In this document: one piece after another, positions 1 to 9,783 of the stretch | Numbering within the stretch: the stretch's first letter is position 1 | How the letters are laid out: every line of letters starts with the position of its first letter | Source: Spirochaetia bacterium | Lineage (GTDB): Bacteria > Spirochaetota > Spirochaetia > DSM-27196 > Salinispiraceae | Assembly (NCBI GenBank): GCA_038204425.1 | Contig: JBBRCZ010000001.1 | Location: 32,001 to 96,000 of the forward strand | Length of the DNA: 64,000 bases | Direction of reading: 5' to 3' | The notes under the pieces: generated by a model | What the model was told of the DNA's origin: nothing | Database searches by the model: none | Seen by the model: the letters and a program-made list of their open reading frames with translations, nothing else | Translations under genes and position numbers: made by a program

Positions 1-954
1 TTCTGGCGTAATGGTGCCATAGTCTACAAGGTCAGTAATGGGATCCCTAAAGCGCGAGTTTTTGTAGCCGCCTGAAGTAGGAAAGAGTGTTTCGTTACCG
101 ATCTGTCCATGGTTCATGATCATTGCCAAGCTAAAGATCTTAAAGACTGAACCGGGTTCGTAAACGTAAGAAATCGCCAAATTTCGGCGTTGCTCGGCAG
201 AGCTAGTGGTGTAAGTGTTGGGATCATAGCCAGGTCTAATTGCGGAAGCCAAAATTTCGCCATTACGTGCGTCCATAACTATAAAAGCCAATCCCTGCGG
301 ATTATACTGTGCAACGGCTCGATCGGCCATTGATTCCATAAAATGTTGGATGGTGCTGTCGAGAGTCAACACCACCTGGTTGCCATAAGCTCTACCGTCA
401 GCAAGTATGGTATCACGCGCATTGAGTGTTTGATCCAATAGGTATTCTAGCCCTTCCAAACCGCTGTTTTCACTACCAGTAAATCCAACAATGTGAGCGG
501 CTCCTTGGCCCTCTGGATAGTTTCTTGCTTGATTGGGCTCCAAATAAATGCCTTCAAGTTTACCCTTACTTATAAGGTCTCGCACTTTGGAGGCCTTTTC
601 CAAATCTAGACGTCTTTGTAGGATCACTGCACCTTGGGCGTCTTTGAGCTTCAAATAGATTGATTCTTCATCTTCTTGAATAATCTCAGATAGTAAGTGA
701 GCGGACTCGTAGGCATCTGTGATATTGCGTCCCCAAGCAGCCAAAGTAAATACCGTAGTTTGAATAGCAAGCAATCGCCCGTTGCGGTCTACGATCGGGC
801 CGCGTTCTTGTGCGGCTTGATTTGTCTGGTTGGCGGGTGTTTGGCCAAATAGCATGATTCCCGCATACTGAAGGATGATGACTATTGCGGCAATGCCAAG
901 CACAATTGAAAAGATAAAGAGGCGTTTGCGAAATAGCGCTTCCATGGTAATCAT
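1..954 (-). CDS. Class B penicillin-binding protein (FtsI/PBP2-like transpeptidase), runs off the window edge
   Basis: Not in the ORF track (no stop in window). Manual minus-strand translation from ATG 954 (or 945) gives an N-terminal TM helix, the dimerisation motif RGPIVDRNGRLLA and the active-site SxxK motif in YEPGSVFK. Confidence 0.9.
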   Translation of the reverse strand, partial: MITMEALFRKRLFIFSIVLGIAAIVIILQYAGIMLFGQTPANQTNQAAQERGPIVDRNGRLLAIQTTVFTLAAWGRNITDAYESAHLLSEIIQEDEESIYLKLKDAQGAVILQRRLDLEKASKVRDLISKGKLEGIYLEPNQARNYPEGQGAAHIVGFTGSENSGLEGLEYLLDQTLNARDTILADGRAYGNQVVLTLDSTIQHFMESMADRAVAQYNPQGLAFIVMDARNGEILASAIRPGYDPNTYTTSSAEQRRNLAISYVYEPGSVFKIFSLAMIMNHGQIGNETLFPTSGGYKNSRFRDPITDLVDYGTITPE

Positions 955-1086
955 AAGGCATACATCTTATACCATAGAATTAGGTTTTGGTGCACCCGGC
1001 TTTGAAGCTGGGATACTATGCATTTTTCTCAAAAAGTGAATAAATTGCAGCTGTTTTGATTGGTCCGACCTGTCGATAGATATATC

Positions 1087-2304
1087 ATGGTTTCAGCAAT
1101 CAGCAACCAAAAGGTCGAACGACGAAAACTCTTTACCTCCAATAGCAAATGGGCAGAACGCAATAGTTCGGTAACCTGGCAAGGTTCCGCAGCTAGGTCT
1201 GATATTATTTTTGGAAATGGCATAGGAAGCACTGCTCGTCCTGCTAGCTTAGAGTCACTTACGAAAAAGAAAGTGTCAACAAAAGTGTGGGCCTGGCCAT
1301 GGTCCAACAAGGACCCTTGGTCGCGGATCAATGCCAGGTCCATTAGACTTAGTCCAAATCACTATCCATGGCTTATGGCTGCAGCATTGTTCACTGTTTT
1401 TTCGTTTTCAAACTTATTGACTCCTTCTTCGTTTTTGAGTGGCCTAATAAAGAGTCGCAATATTGTTTTTGCTACTGATCGCCAATTAGATACTATGCTT
1501 TTAGACTATGCTAGTCCGTTAGCAGAGGAGCAACTGGTCAAACTAGGTGATGACTTTGATCCGCGTAAACTGATGGAACTGAGCATCCAAAACTATGTAG
1601 TTGGCCCAGGTGACACGCTCGGTGGCATTGCCGAAAGGTTTAACCTCAATCTCGATACCATAATAAGCTTTAATGGAATTACCGACCCACGTCGCATTAG
1701 GCTAGGTTCAAACTACAAAATTCCCAATCGCGACGGACTTCTATACACAAGCAAAAAGGGTGACACACTAGCTGGATTGTCAAAACGATTTAACGTAACT
1801 TTGACTGCAATGTTAGATGCCAATGGATTGGAAGATACCAACATAACAGTCGGTATGGATCTGATTCTTCCGGAGGCCCGCCTTGATCCTACAGATCTAA
1901 AGTTGCTATTGGGTGAGCTCTTTGCTTGGCCCATCGGTGGTGCTAGATTTACGTCTACATTTGGCTATCGTAACGATCCGTTTACGGGCCAAAGGCGCTT
2001 GCACAACGGCGTAGATCTCGCCCGCTATCATGGCGCTTCTATTAAAGCCGCAAGCGCTGGAAGAGTAGTAGCAATTGACACGCAGATTGGCAACTATGGC
2101 AAGGTTATCATAATCCAACATCCACGCGGATTCAAAACGCTTTATGCTCACCTAGATTCGTTTCAAGTTAGATTGGGGCAGTATGTGAATCAAGGGCAAG
2201 TAATTGCTAAGATGGGAAATACCGGAAGATCTACTGGTACTCATTTACACTTTTCGGTTATAAAGAATGGGGTATTTGTCAACCCTCTAAAATACTTACC
2301 ATAG
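1087..2304 (+). CDS. LysM x2 + M23 metallopeptidase (peptidoglycan endopeptidase/activator)
   Basis: Two LysM repeats (YVVGPGDTLGGIAERF; YTSKKGDTLAGLSKRF) and M23 motifs HNGVD, YAHL, STGTHLHF. Start uncertain (ATG 1087 chosen). Confidence 0.9.
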   Translation: MVSAISNQKVERRKLFTSNSKWAERNSSVTWQGSAARSDIIFGNGIGSTARPASLESLTKKKVSTKVWAWPWSNKDPWSRINARSIRLSPNHYPWLMAAALFTVFSFSNLLTPSSFLSGLIKSRNIVFATDRQLDTMLLDYASPLAEEQLVKLGDDFDPRKLMELSIQNYVVGPGDTLGGIAERFNLNLDTIISFNGITDPRRIRLGSNYKIPNRDGLLYTSKKGDTLAGLSKRFNVTLTAMLDANGLEDTNITVGMDLILPEARLDPTDLKLLLGELFAWPIGGARFTSTFGYRNDPFTGQRRLHNGVDLARYHGASIKAASAGRVVAIDTQIGNYGKVIIIQHPRGFKTLYAHLDSFQVRLGQYVNQGQVIAKMGNTGRSTGTHLHFSVIKNGVFVNPLKYLP

Positions 2305-2321
2305 TTTGTTGGAGTAGAAAA

Positions 2322-2447
2322 ATGAGAAAACTATTTCTTGTTGTGGTTTTATTGTTGGCCGTGTTCGTTTTTCTCAATGCCTACGCTTCAAGCAGCGACA
2401 CGCCGGCGCTTAGTCAGGTTCCTGCAAATTCGCTTACTGTCAACTGA
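2322..2447 (+). CDS. Small 41-aa protein with signal-peptide-like N terminus
   Basis: GGAG at 2311-2314, ATG 2322; translation MRKLFLVVVLLLAVFVFLNAYASSSDTPALSQVPANSLTVN*; followed by a terminator. Too short for the ORF track. Confidence 0.6.
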   Translation: MRKLFLVVVLLLAVFVFLNAYASSSDTPALSQVPANSLTVN

Positions 2448-2466
2448 TTCCCCAGTATCACCAAGC

Positions 2467-2499
2467 AAAAAGTCAGGTCCCATGGGCCCTGACTTTTTT
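2467..2499. terminator. Bidirectional intrinsic terminator between the small ORF and secA
   Basis: AAAAAGTCAGG-TCCCATGGGC-CCTGACTTTTTT hairpin with A and T tails, between convergent genes. Confidence 0.85.
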
Positions 2500-2521
2500 A
2501 TCACCTTATACCCTGCGACCG

Positions 2522-5302
2522 TCACGCTCCGTGACAGTGTTTGTACTTTTTACCACTCCCACATGGACAGGGTTCGTTTCTTCCAACTTTAGGCACGTCT
2601 CTAACGACTGTAGCTGGCGCAGCGCCCGAGCTTCGCTGGGCCCGTTGAGTCGGGCTAGCTATGTTTTGGCGAGCGGGGCCACCCGAGCCAGAAAAAGTTT
2701 GCATTTGCTGGTGAACAGCATTGTTGATTCTAATATTGGGTGCATTGAGGCTTGGACTAGTTTGATTCTCAACTCGTGCTAAAAGTAGTTTGCGTGCCAA
2801 AGAAATCTTAATGTCAGCCAGCATCTCATCAAATATTTCAAAGCCTTCTAACTTGTATTCAAGCAAAGGATTTTTTTGGGCATAAGAGCGCAAGTAAACT
2901 GCTTCTCGCAAAGCTTCGAGGTTTTCGAGGTGATCCTGCCAACGGGCGTCAATGTGCCTGAGGTACTCATAGCGAAGAATCATGTTGAGGTGCTCGCTAC
3001 CAATTGCGTTGGCCTTGTCAGCAAAATCTTTTGACGCTTCAGTAAGTAGGGTAGCAAGCAATTCATTTGGCTTGAGCGTGTTCGCCTCGTCAAGTTTAAG
3101 GCGAGGAATCCAGAATAGCTTTTCCTTGATTTGTTCAAATGCCAAGTGCAAGGCGATTTTATCATCACCATTGTTTTTAAAGTACTCAGACAAGCAATCT
3201 TCTAACTCTTCTGCAACGGTTGTCATTATTCGCTTGGTTAAAGTTCCATCAGTAATTATCGCATCGCGTTGACCATAGACAAACTTTCTTTGTTCATTGA
3301 GAACATCATCAAAGTCCAATAGATGCTTACGAATGTCAAAGTTGCGTTCTTCTACTTTGCTTTGGGCTCGTTCAATCGCTCTATTGAGCAAAGGATGATT
3401 GAGTGCTTCACCACCCTTCATGCCGACTCTTGCCAACATGGACTTGAGGTTGGACGCGCCGCCGCCAAAGAGCCGCATTAAATCATCGTCGAGGCTAATG
3501 AAAAAGCACGATTTTCCAGGGTCACCTTGGCGACCAGATCTACCTCGCAGTTGGTTGTCAATACGCCGGGACTCGTGACGCTCGGTACCAATTATATAGA
3601 GCCCACCTAAATTCTTTACTTCTTCAGAGTCTTTCAGCCATTGAGGCCGTTCTTGATTGTATATTTTTTGGTAGCTGGCTTGGTCGGCATCGGTACCTGC
3701 CTTTTTTCGTGCCCGAAATTCAGGGTTTCCGCCAAGCTTTATGTCGGTACCGCGGCCCGCCATATTGGTTGCGATAGTTACCGAGCCCTTGGCGCCCGCT
3801 TCGGCAATAATCATTGCTTCTCGAGCGTGGTTCTTTGCATTGAGGACCTCATGTTTGACACCGCGGCGGGTCAATTTAGTCGACAGCCGTTCTGACTTGT
3901 CGATGCTTACCGTGCCTACCAAGACAGGTTGGCCCTTTTCGTTTACTTCAGCTATTTCTTCACAAATGGCATCAAATTTATCTTCTTCGTTTAAGTAGAT
4001 CAGGTCATCTTCGTCCTGTCGTGACACTGGTCGGTTGGTGGGGATTACTGCAACGTCCAATCCATAAATGTTGCCAAATTCTTTGGCTTCCGTTTCAGCA
4101 GTACCGGTCATGCCTGATATTTTGGTGTACATGCGAAAGAAGTTCTGAAAAGTAATAGTAGCAAGAGTTCGGTTTCTCTGAGCAACTTTGATGCTTTCTT
4201 TGGCTTCTATGGCTTGATGCAAACCATCGGAATAGCGACGTCCGTGCAAAATACGTCCGGTAAACTCATCTACAATCTGTACTTGTCCGTCTTTGACTAC
4301 ATATTCGGTGTCGCGTTTAAAAAGTTTGTGGGAGCGAATGGCTTGAGTCACCAAGTGAATGTATTCAAGATTCTCTCCATCGTAAATACTGCCAACGATG
4401 CTTTTGTTACGCTGTAAGAACTGTTCAATTCGATTGAGTCCTGCTTCGGTAAACATGACCCGTTTACCTTTTTCGTCGAGCTTATAGTCGCCTGGCTTAT
4501 CGGCCGGGTACTCCTGTGTCTCGGGATTCTTAAAATATTCTTCTGTGGCGCTGTCTTTGAGGCATTCAAGAACTAGGTTGACAATTTTGTTGGCCTCGGT
4601 GTACTTGCGTGTGTCTTCTTCGGCTGAGCCAGAAATTATCAAGGGCGTACGCGCCTCGTCAATTAAAATTGAGTCAATTTCGTCAATGATGCAGTAATAG
4701 TGCTCTTGCTGTAGCTTGTCGGCAATCTCGTAACGCATATTGTCGCGCAAGTAGTCAAAGCCAAACTCATTGTTAGTTCCGTAGGTTATGTCACAGCGAT
4801 AATGGGCTATTCGTGATTCGGGAGGCATGGTGCTAATTATCCACCCTACACTTACGCCAAGATAGTCAAAGACTGGCTTCATCCAAGCTGCATCGCGCTC
4901 GGCCAAATAGTCGTTAACGGTAATGATGTGGACGCCTTTTCCAGTAAGTGCATTTAGATAGGCTGCAGGCGTAGATGAGAGCGTCTTGCCTTCACCGGTC
5001 TTCATTTCCATGATCCGGCCTTGATGCAAGGCAATCGAGCCAAGCAACTGCACGTCATATAATCGTTCGCCCAAAGTTCTTCTGGCCGCTTCGCGTGCCA
5101 AAGCAAACGATTGAGGTATAAGGCTGTCAATCTTGGCGCCTTGCGTCAGCTCGTCACGCCATTTTTTGCCTTGTGTAACAAACTGATCTCTATCTAAAGA
5201 CATAGCCCAGGCTTCAAAGGTGTTTATCTGACCTAGAATAGGCAGAAGTTTTTTGAGGTCGGCATTGTTTTTATTGCCGAAAACCGCTTCGAATAAGTTC
5301 AT
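2522..5302 (-). CDS. secA: Preprotein translocase subunit SecA
   Basis: MKTGEGKT Walker [34 protein letters not shown]-terminal SEC-C motif [19 protein letters not shown]. Confidence 0.99.
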   Translation of the reverse strand: MNLFEAVFGNKNNADLKKLLPILGQINTFEAWAMSLDRDQFVTQGKKWRDELTQGAKIDSLIPQSFALAREAARRTLGERLYDVQLLGSIALHQGRIMEMKTGEGKTLSSTPAAYLNALTGKGVHIITVNDYLAERDAAWMKPVFDYLGVSVGWIISTMPPESRIAHYRCDITYGTNNEFGFDYLRDNMRYEIADKLQQEHYYCIIDEIDSILIDEARTPLIISGSAEEDTRKYTEANKIVNLVLECLKDSATEEYFKNPETQEYPADKPGDYKLDEKGKRVMFTEAGLNRIEQFLQRNKSIVGSIYDGENLEYIHLVTQAIRSHKLFKRDTEYVVKDGQVQIVDEFTGRILHGRRYSDGLHQAIEAKESIKVAQRNRTLATITFQNFFRMYTKISGMTGTAETEAKEFGNIYGLDVAVIPTNRPVSRQDEDDLIYLNEEDKFDAICEEIAEVNEKGQPVLVGTVSIDKSERLSTKLTRRGVKHEVLNAKNHAREAMIIAEAGAKGSVTIATNMAGRGTDIKLGGNPEFRARKKAGTDADQASYQKIYNQERPQWLKDSEEVKNLGGLYIIGTERHESRRIDNQLRGRSGRQGDPGKSCFFISLDDDLMRLFGGGASNLKSMLARVGMKGGEALNHPLLNRAIERAQSKVEERNFDIRKHLLDFDDVLNEQRKFVYGQRDAIITDGTLTKRIMTTVAEELEDCLSEYFKNNGDDKIALHLAFEQIKEKLFWIPRLKLDEANTLKPNELLATLLTEASKDFADKANAIGSEHLNMILRYEYLRHIDARWQDHLENLEALREAVYLRSYAQKNPLLEYKLEGFEIFDEMLADIKISLARKLLLARVENQTSPSLNAPNIRINNAVHQQMQTFSGSGGPARQNIASPTQRAQRSSGAAPATVVRDVPKVGRNEPCPCGSGKKYKHCHGA

Positions 5303-5337
5303 TTAACCAATGTATACTGGTGCTAACCTGCGGTCAA
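5303..5337 (-). promoter_or_regulatory. Sigma70-type promoter of secA (probably leaderless transcript)
   Basis: Minus strand TTGACC-17nt-TACATT-6nt-ATG; no SD before the ATG. Confidence 0.65.
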
Positions 5338-5360
5338 GCTTGCCAGACTAAGCTGGTTGA

Positions 5361-5389
5361 TTGACATGGCCGGTTTGACCATCTACTAT
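5361..5389 (+). promoter_or_regulatory. Sigma70-type promoter of the lipoprotein operon
   Basis: TTGACA-17nt-TACTAT, 8 nt before ATG 5398. Confidence 0.65.
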
Positions 5390-5397
5390 TAGCCAGA

Positions 5398-6630
5398 ATG
5401 ATTTTCCCCGTGACAAAATATGCTTATTTTCTGTGCGTTTCCCTTTTGCTTGTACTTGTATCTGCCTGTACCAGAGGTGCGCCGGACATACTTGATTCCG
5501 AAAACTTGTTTGACATCCCGCTGGGAAAACTTGAGAACTCAATTGACCTTTTTCAGATCAATGGAGTCAAGTCCAATCGAAAAAATAGGCTGTTTGCTCA
5601 GAACGGGCTGTTTTGGATTAGCAATGGCAATGCGTCCAAAGTTTTACAGTTTTCTTCCTATGGCGATCTACTTGGTTTGATTTACAATCCGCAGGAAAAT
5701 CCGCGACCGGTACTTACCGCAAGTAGTAGTGACAAACTCGCCAACAAACGCTCATTTGCGTTTGCACTTGAAGATGTTGGAGAAATTGTAGTCCAAAGAA
5801 GCGGTACTATTTTGCTAGAAGATAGGACACCCGAATCCCAAAAGACCCTAGATCCAAATCTGAATGCCGTCTTAAACAGGATTGTTTTACGCTTTGACCA
5901 AAACGGCAAATACCTTGACTACTTGGGTCAAGAAGGAAAGGGTGGTGCAGCCTTTCCTTACATTGTCAGTTTGCATGTTACCGCTTCTGACGAAATAGTG
6001 GTCGTTTCGCGAACGATAGACCAGTGGCTGGTGTTTTGGTTCGACAAAGACGGAAATCGCCGTTACGCTTATCAATTTAGTCAAAACCGGCTTCCAGTGC
6101 CGGCCAATGACGGCCGCTTTCCAGCATTGTTGTCTATTTTTCCAGATGCCGAGTCCAATCTTTTGTACCTGCATCTCGCCTACTACCCGATTCAGGAAGG
6201 TGGGCAAACAAGCGGGCAGGATATTAGTCTAATTGAAAGCCGTATATACACTTTGGACACCCTAAGTGGTAAGTTTGTTTCTTGGTTTTCACTTCCTGCC
6301 GAGTATCAGAACTCCAAAGCGGCCGAAGTGCTTGGCAAAACTGAAGACCAATTTCAGGCCTTGCAATCCTTTATCGGCGTGGCAGTTGGCGGACGATTAT
6401 ATTTTATTAACCATCGGTCTAAGAATACCCATCTACTGAGTGTGTATGATAGGAATGGACGGGTAATCTCCTTAGGCTATATTTCACTTGACGATAACAA
6501 GTTGTTTGAACTTCAATGGTCAGTAAGCCTTGACGGACTTATCTCGGCATTTCAAGGCTTCGCTGACAAAGCAAGTGTTAGTACGTGGAACACCAATCGC
6601 CTGTCCGGCTTAATGCGAGTCAATCGTTGA
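5398..6630 (+). CDS. Spirochaete lipoprotein, probable beta-propeller (recalled as LIC_12708-like; unverified)
   Basis: Lipobox LVSAC after a hydrophobic stretch; beta-rich body with NHL-like segments (RFDQNGKYLDYLG). Confidence 0.7.
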   Translation: MIFPVTKYAYFLCVSLLLVLVSACTRGAPDILDSENLFDIPLGKLENSIDLFQINGVKSNRKNRLFAQNGLFWISNGNASKVLQFSSYGDLLGLIYNPQENPRPVLTASSSDKLANKRSFAFALEDVGEIVVQRSGTILLEDRTPESQKTLDPNLNAVLNRIVLRFDQNGKYLDYLGQEGKGGAAFPYIVSLHVTASDEIVVVSRTIDQWLVFWFDKDGNRRYAYQFSQNRLPVPANDGRFPALLSIFPDAESNLLYLHLAYYPIQEGGQTSGQDISLIESRIYTLDTLSGKFVSWFSLPAEYQNSKAAEVLGKTEDQFQALQSFIGVAVGGRLYFINHRSKNTHLLSVYDRNGRVISLGYISLDDNKLFELQWSVSLDGLISAFQGFADKASVSTWNTNRLSGLMRVNR

Positions 6631-7244
6631 GTCGCTATGATTATGAAGCCGGAAGCCAGATTCCAATTATGTACAGACGTGGTCCAGAGTACTGGCAAAA
6701 GGGTAGGGCACCTGTTTATTCAGACCCAGAAAGACTGCGACAACAAGTCCCTGTCAAAAAATCTTTGTTGCAACGCATAAAAAGTGGAAGCCAGTGGCGA
6801 ATACTTGTGTTGCTTGCGTTAAATGTTGGAATTTTAGTTTTTGTAAGCACTATGATCGACCAAAACAAAGTGCAAGAACTTAGCAAAACGATTGATGGCA
6901 TGGAAATCAAGCTCTCGGTGGCATCCAGTCCCGACGAAGTGGATAGACGATTGGTGGTACTCAACTTCCGCCAAGTAAGTAAGTCCACCCATAGTAATCT
7001 ACTCGCAGACTTTTGGTTTGAGTCGCTTGATGCTCTGGGCGCCATTATTGACTCCCAGAGCCAAAACGATATTCTTCCAAGTTACGTTGGTGATGAGCGG
7101 CAATTCTTAGCCAAAATCCCACTGCAAGCCAATTCAGTTAGAACACGCGTGGTTTTTTTGGAAACCAATCAGTCGCTTGCACTCGGTTCCCAAGAGCCTT
7201 GGATACTTGAGGTATCCTTTGCTAAGTCTGGAGACGATCAATGA
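6627..7244 (+). CDS. Hypothetical single-pass membrane protein
   Basis: In-frame TTG overlapping the upstream stop (TTGA); one TM helix (ILVLLALNVGILVFV); ATGA overlap with the next gene. Confidence 0.7.
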   Translation: MSRYDYEAGSQIPIMYRRGPEYWQKGRAPVYSDPERLRQQVPVKKSLLQRIKSGSQWRILVLLALNVGILVFVSTMIDQNKVQELSKTIDGMEIKLSVASSPDEVDRRLVVLNFRQVSKSTHSNLLADFWFESLDALGAIIDSQSQNDILPSYVGDERQFLAKIPLQANSVRTRVVFLETNQSLALGSQEPWILEVSFAKSGDDQ

Positions 7245-7645
7245 GTCAGCAGCGTTCTCTTGCAGCATACATAGCAAAGAATGGCAAGATACTACTTGGC
7301 CGAAGGAACAATGTTGGTGATATGGGCGGCAGGTGGGAACTTCCTGGCGGCAAAGCCGAGCTCAGCGAAACCGATCAAGAAGCCCTCACTCGAGAACTCA
7401 AAGAAGAGCTCTCTGTCGAAGCAACAATTCTTGACCAAATTGAGGCTGACAAATTTATTCATGATGGCCGTGAGCATCTTCTTTTTGTCTATGCGGTAAC
7501 TATTGAATGTGAGCCCACAATTCTAAGTGAACATCAACAAGTAGCTTGGTTTAGTCTAAACGCTCTTCCGAACCCAAGCGACTTGGTTGACTCAGACGCC
7601 AGAGTACTTGCTAAGATTGCAGCAAAATATCAAAATCCATGTTAA
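7241..7645 (+). CDS. NUDIX hydrolase (MutT-like)
   Basis: Nudix box WELPGGKAELSETDQEALTRELKEELSV. Confidence 0.92.
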   Translation: MSQQRSLAAYIAKNGKILLGRRNNVGDMGGRWELPGGKAELSETDQEALTRELKEELSVEATILDQIEADKFIHDGREHLLFVYAVTIECEPTILSEHQQVAWFSLNALPNPSDLVDSDARVLAKIAAKYQNPC

Positions 7646-8922
7646 ATAATGGTTCCATTGGGAACAATTCCATTCTTTGGTATAATAATTATGTTGTCGC
7701 GTATAAAGTGGGTTTGATAGTCGCCATCTTCCCGCGGCAATTTATCAATGCCAATTCTGCAATTTTCGCCTATTCGCGCGTTCTTGTCGATTATTGACTT
7801 CTTAACCAAAGAGCCGCGACCAATACCAATGTCCGGGATTCCTTTTTGCTTGTTTTGCGAGCGTTCCTCGATAGTCTCGTAAAAATCTGCACCCATACAA
7901 ACTACGCCATCTAAACTTGCGCCAGATTCGATTAAAGTTCTCAGGCCAACTATTGAGTTAACAATACTAGCGTTGGTGATTATACAGCCATCGGCAGCCA
8001 AACTTTCGGAGATGCTGCAAAAGTTAAACTTGCTGGCCGGAAGATCTCGCTTGTGTGTGTAAATGGGGCGATCTTCATCATAAAAATTAAACTTGGGGTT
8101 TATACTTGCCAAATCGATATTGGTCTCATAGAAATTCTTAATGGTACCAATATCTTCCCAAAAACCAGTGTAAATGTGCGACTGGACTTTGCATTTCTCA
8201 ATCAAAAAAGGAATAATTTCGTGGCCAAAGTCGGTAAAATCGTTGTCTAATGCGCGTTCTAAAACCTCAGCCTTAAAGAAGTAGATGCCCATGCTTCCAA
8301 GATACTCACGGCCAGCGCTCTGCATTTCCTTGCTCGGATGCAAATCATGAGGGATCTTGAGGTGTTCTATGTCCCGGCTAATCTCGGGTTTTTCTATAAA
8401 CTCAGTCACTCGACCCTTGCCGTCAACTCTCATAATGCCAAACCCTGAGGCGTCCTCTCGGCTAACTGGAGTTGTTGCAATGGTTATGTCAGCTTTTGAG
8501 TCCAGATGCTTTTTCATAAACTCTTGCATGTCCATACGATAGAGCTGGTCACCGGATAGTATTAAGTAATGGTCAGGATTTTGGCTAGAAAAATGATGCA
8601 TGTTTTTACGGACCGCATCCGCTGTTCCTTCATACCAACCGGCTTTGTCAAAACTTTGTTCCGCGGCAAGTATTTCTACAAAACCTCTAGTAAATGCGTC
8701 AAATATATACGTGTTACCCAAATGAAGATGCAGTGAAGCAGAATTAAACTGCGTCAGGACGTAGATTTTTTTAAAGCCAGCATTAATAGAGTTGGAAATG
8801 GGAATATCTACTAGTCGATATTTTGCACCAAAGGGAACTGCTGGCTTGGCCCGACTTCGAGTGAGCGGGTACAGACGAGTCCCTTTTCCGCCACCGAGAA
8901 TAATTGTAAGTACGCTTTGCAT
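7642..8922 (-). CDS. glgC: Glucose-1-phosphate adenylyltransferase
   Basis: GGGKGTRLYPLTRSRAKPAVPFG, WYEGTADAV, LSGDQLYRMD. Start trimmed to ATG 8922, which has a GGGGAG SD. Confidence 0.97.
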   Translation of the reverse strand: MQSVLTIILGGGKGTRLYPLTRSRAKPAVPFGAKYRLVDIPISNSINAGFKKIYVLTQFNSASLHLHLGNTYIFDAFTRGFVEILAAEQSFDKAGWYEGTADAVRKNMHHFSSQNPDHYLILSGDQLYRMDMQEFMKKHLDSKADITIATTPVSREDASGFGIMRVDGKGRVTEFIEKPEISRDIEHLKIPHDLHPSKEMQSAGREYLGSMGIYFFKAEVLERALDNDFTDFGHEIIPFLIEKCKVQSHIYTGFWEDIGTIKNFYETNIDLASINPKFNFYDEDRPIYTHKRDLPASKFNFCSISESLAADGCIITNASIVNSIVGLRTLIESGASLDGVVCMGADFYETIEERSQNKQKGIPDIGIGRGSLVKKSIIDKNARIGENCRIGIDKLPREDGDYQTHFIRDNIIIIPKNGIVPNGTII

Positions 8923-9028
8923 GAGGTCTCCCCTGCTATTGTAGGCTAAGCGACAAGTTGGGGTCAACAAGAAACTCATGCGCAGATATAGACTTTTTTG
9001 CATGGTAGTCAAAAAAGTGTCGGACAGC

Positions 9029-9057
9029 TTTACAACGATTTAGAGAAGTGTTATAGT
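9029..9057 (+). promoter_or_regulatory. Sigma70-type promoter for the RRM gene (implies a 5' UTR of about 160 nt)
   Basis: TTTACA-17nt-TATAGT. Confidence 0.55.
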
Positions 9058-9222
9058 CGGTTTATGCTGTTAAAAATTGATGGCATTTGCTTCCAACGTT
9101 CAGTACCGGTGTCTTCGTCTCTGCTGGAATCTGCTTCCTTTGGTGACCGCCCGAACCTTTATATTACTTTATAAAGGTGCTTTCCGTTGAGAGTGTGGGC
9201 TTTTAGCCCGAAAGGAAGCCTC

Positions 9223-9567
9223 ATGGCTACTAAGACTTTGTATGTGGGCAATATGGCCTACAGTACCCCCGAAAGCACCCTGCGGGTGGTATTTGAACCC
9301 TTCGGACCTATCCAAAGTGTTCGCGTTATCGGAGACAAAGGTTTCGCTTTTGTCGAGATCCCAGAAGAAAACTTGCAGGCAGCAATTGACAATGTCAACG
9401 GTAAGAACGTTGATGGTCGACCATTGACTGTAAACGAAGCTCGTCCTCGCACTGAGAACCGCGACAATGACCGTGGCGGATACGGTGGCGGTGGCGGCGG
9501 TGGCGGTGGCGGTGGCTACGGCAACCGAGGTGGTGGTGGTAATGGTGGCGGCGGTCGTCGTTACTAA
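9223..9567 (+). CDS. RRM (RNP-1) RNA-binding protein with Gly-rich tail
   Basis: RNP2 LYVGNM, RNP1 KGFAFVEI, GRPLTVNEARPR, poly-Gly/RGG tail; AAGGA SD. Confidence 0.95.
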   Translation: MATKTLYVGNMAYSTPESTLRVVFEPFGPIQSVRVIGDKGFAFVEIPEENLQAAIDNVNGKNVDGRPLTVNEARPRTENRDNDRGGYGGGGGGGGGGGYGNRGGGGNGGGGRRY

Positions 9568-9614
9568 GAAACCCAGTTTGGAACGATAGCTTTAATAGCG
9601 TAGTTTTTAAACAT

Positions 9615-9646
9615 AGCTGCTCTGATTTATCAGGGCGGCTTTTTTT
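9615..9646 (+). terminator. Intrinsic terminator
   Basis: AGCTGCTCTGAT-TT-ATCAGGGCGGCT stem (with GU pairs) followed by a T run. Confidence 0.8.
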
Positions 9647-9783
9647 ACGCTTAAATTTTAAGAGTATTGTGTTTTTTTGCTTGCTCAAGTCGCTTAGTTA
9701 TTGTGCTATGCGAGCTCAGTGCCGATAAAAATAAGGTGCCATGCTTCCTGTATGGTCAATTTGGTATTTTTGGAGCTGGATTC

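Noticed and set aside
686..961. 91-aa ORF from the track
   Set aside because: Alternative frame over the PBP gene, whose motifs are in the frame starting at 954.
2338..2592. 84-aa ORF from the track
   Set aside because: Crosses the terminator into secA and has no SD; the 2322-2447 ORF fits better.
9395..9688. His/Arg-rich antisense ORF
   Set aside because: Mirror of the poly-Gly codons of the RRM gene.
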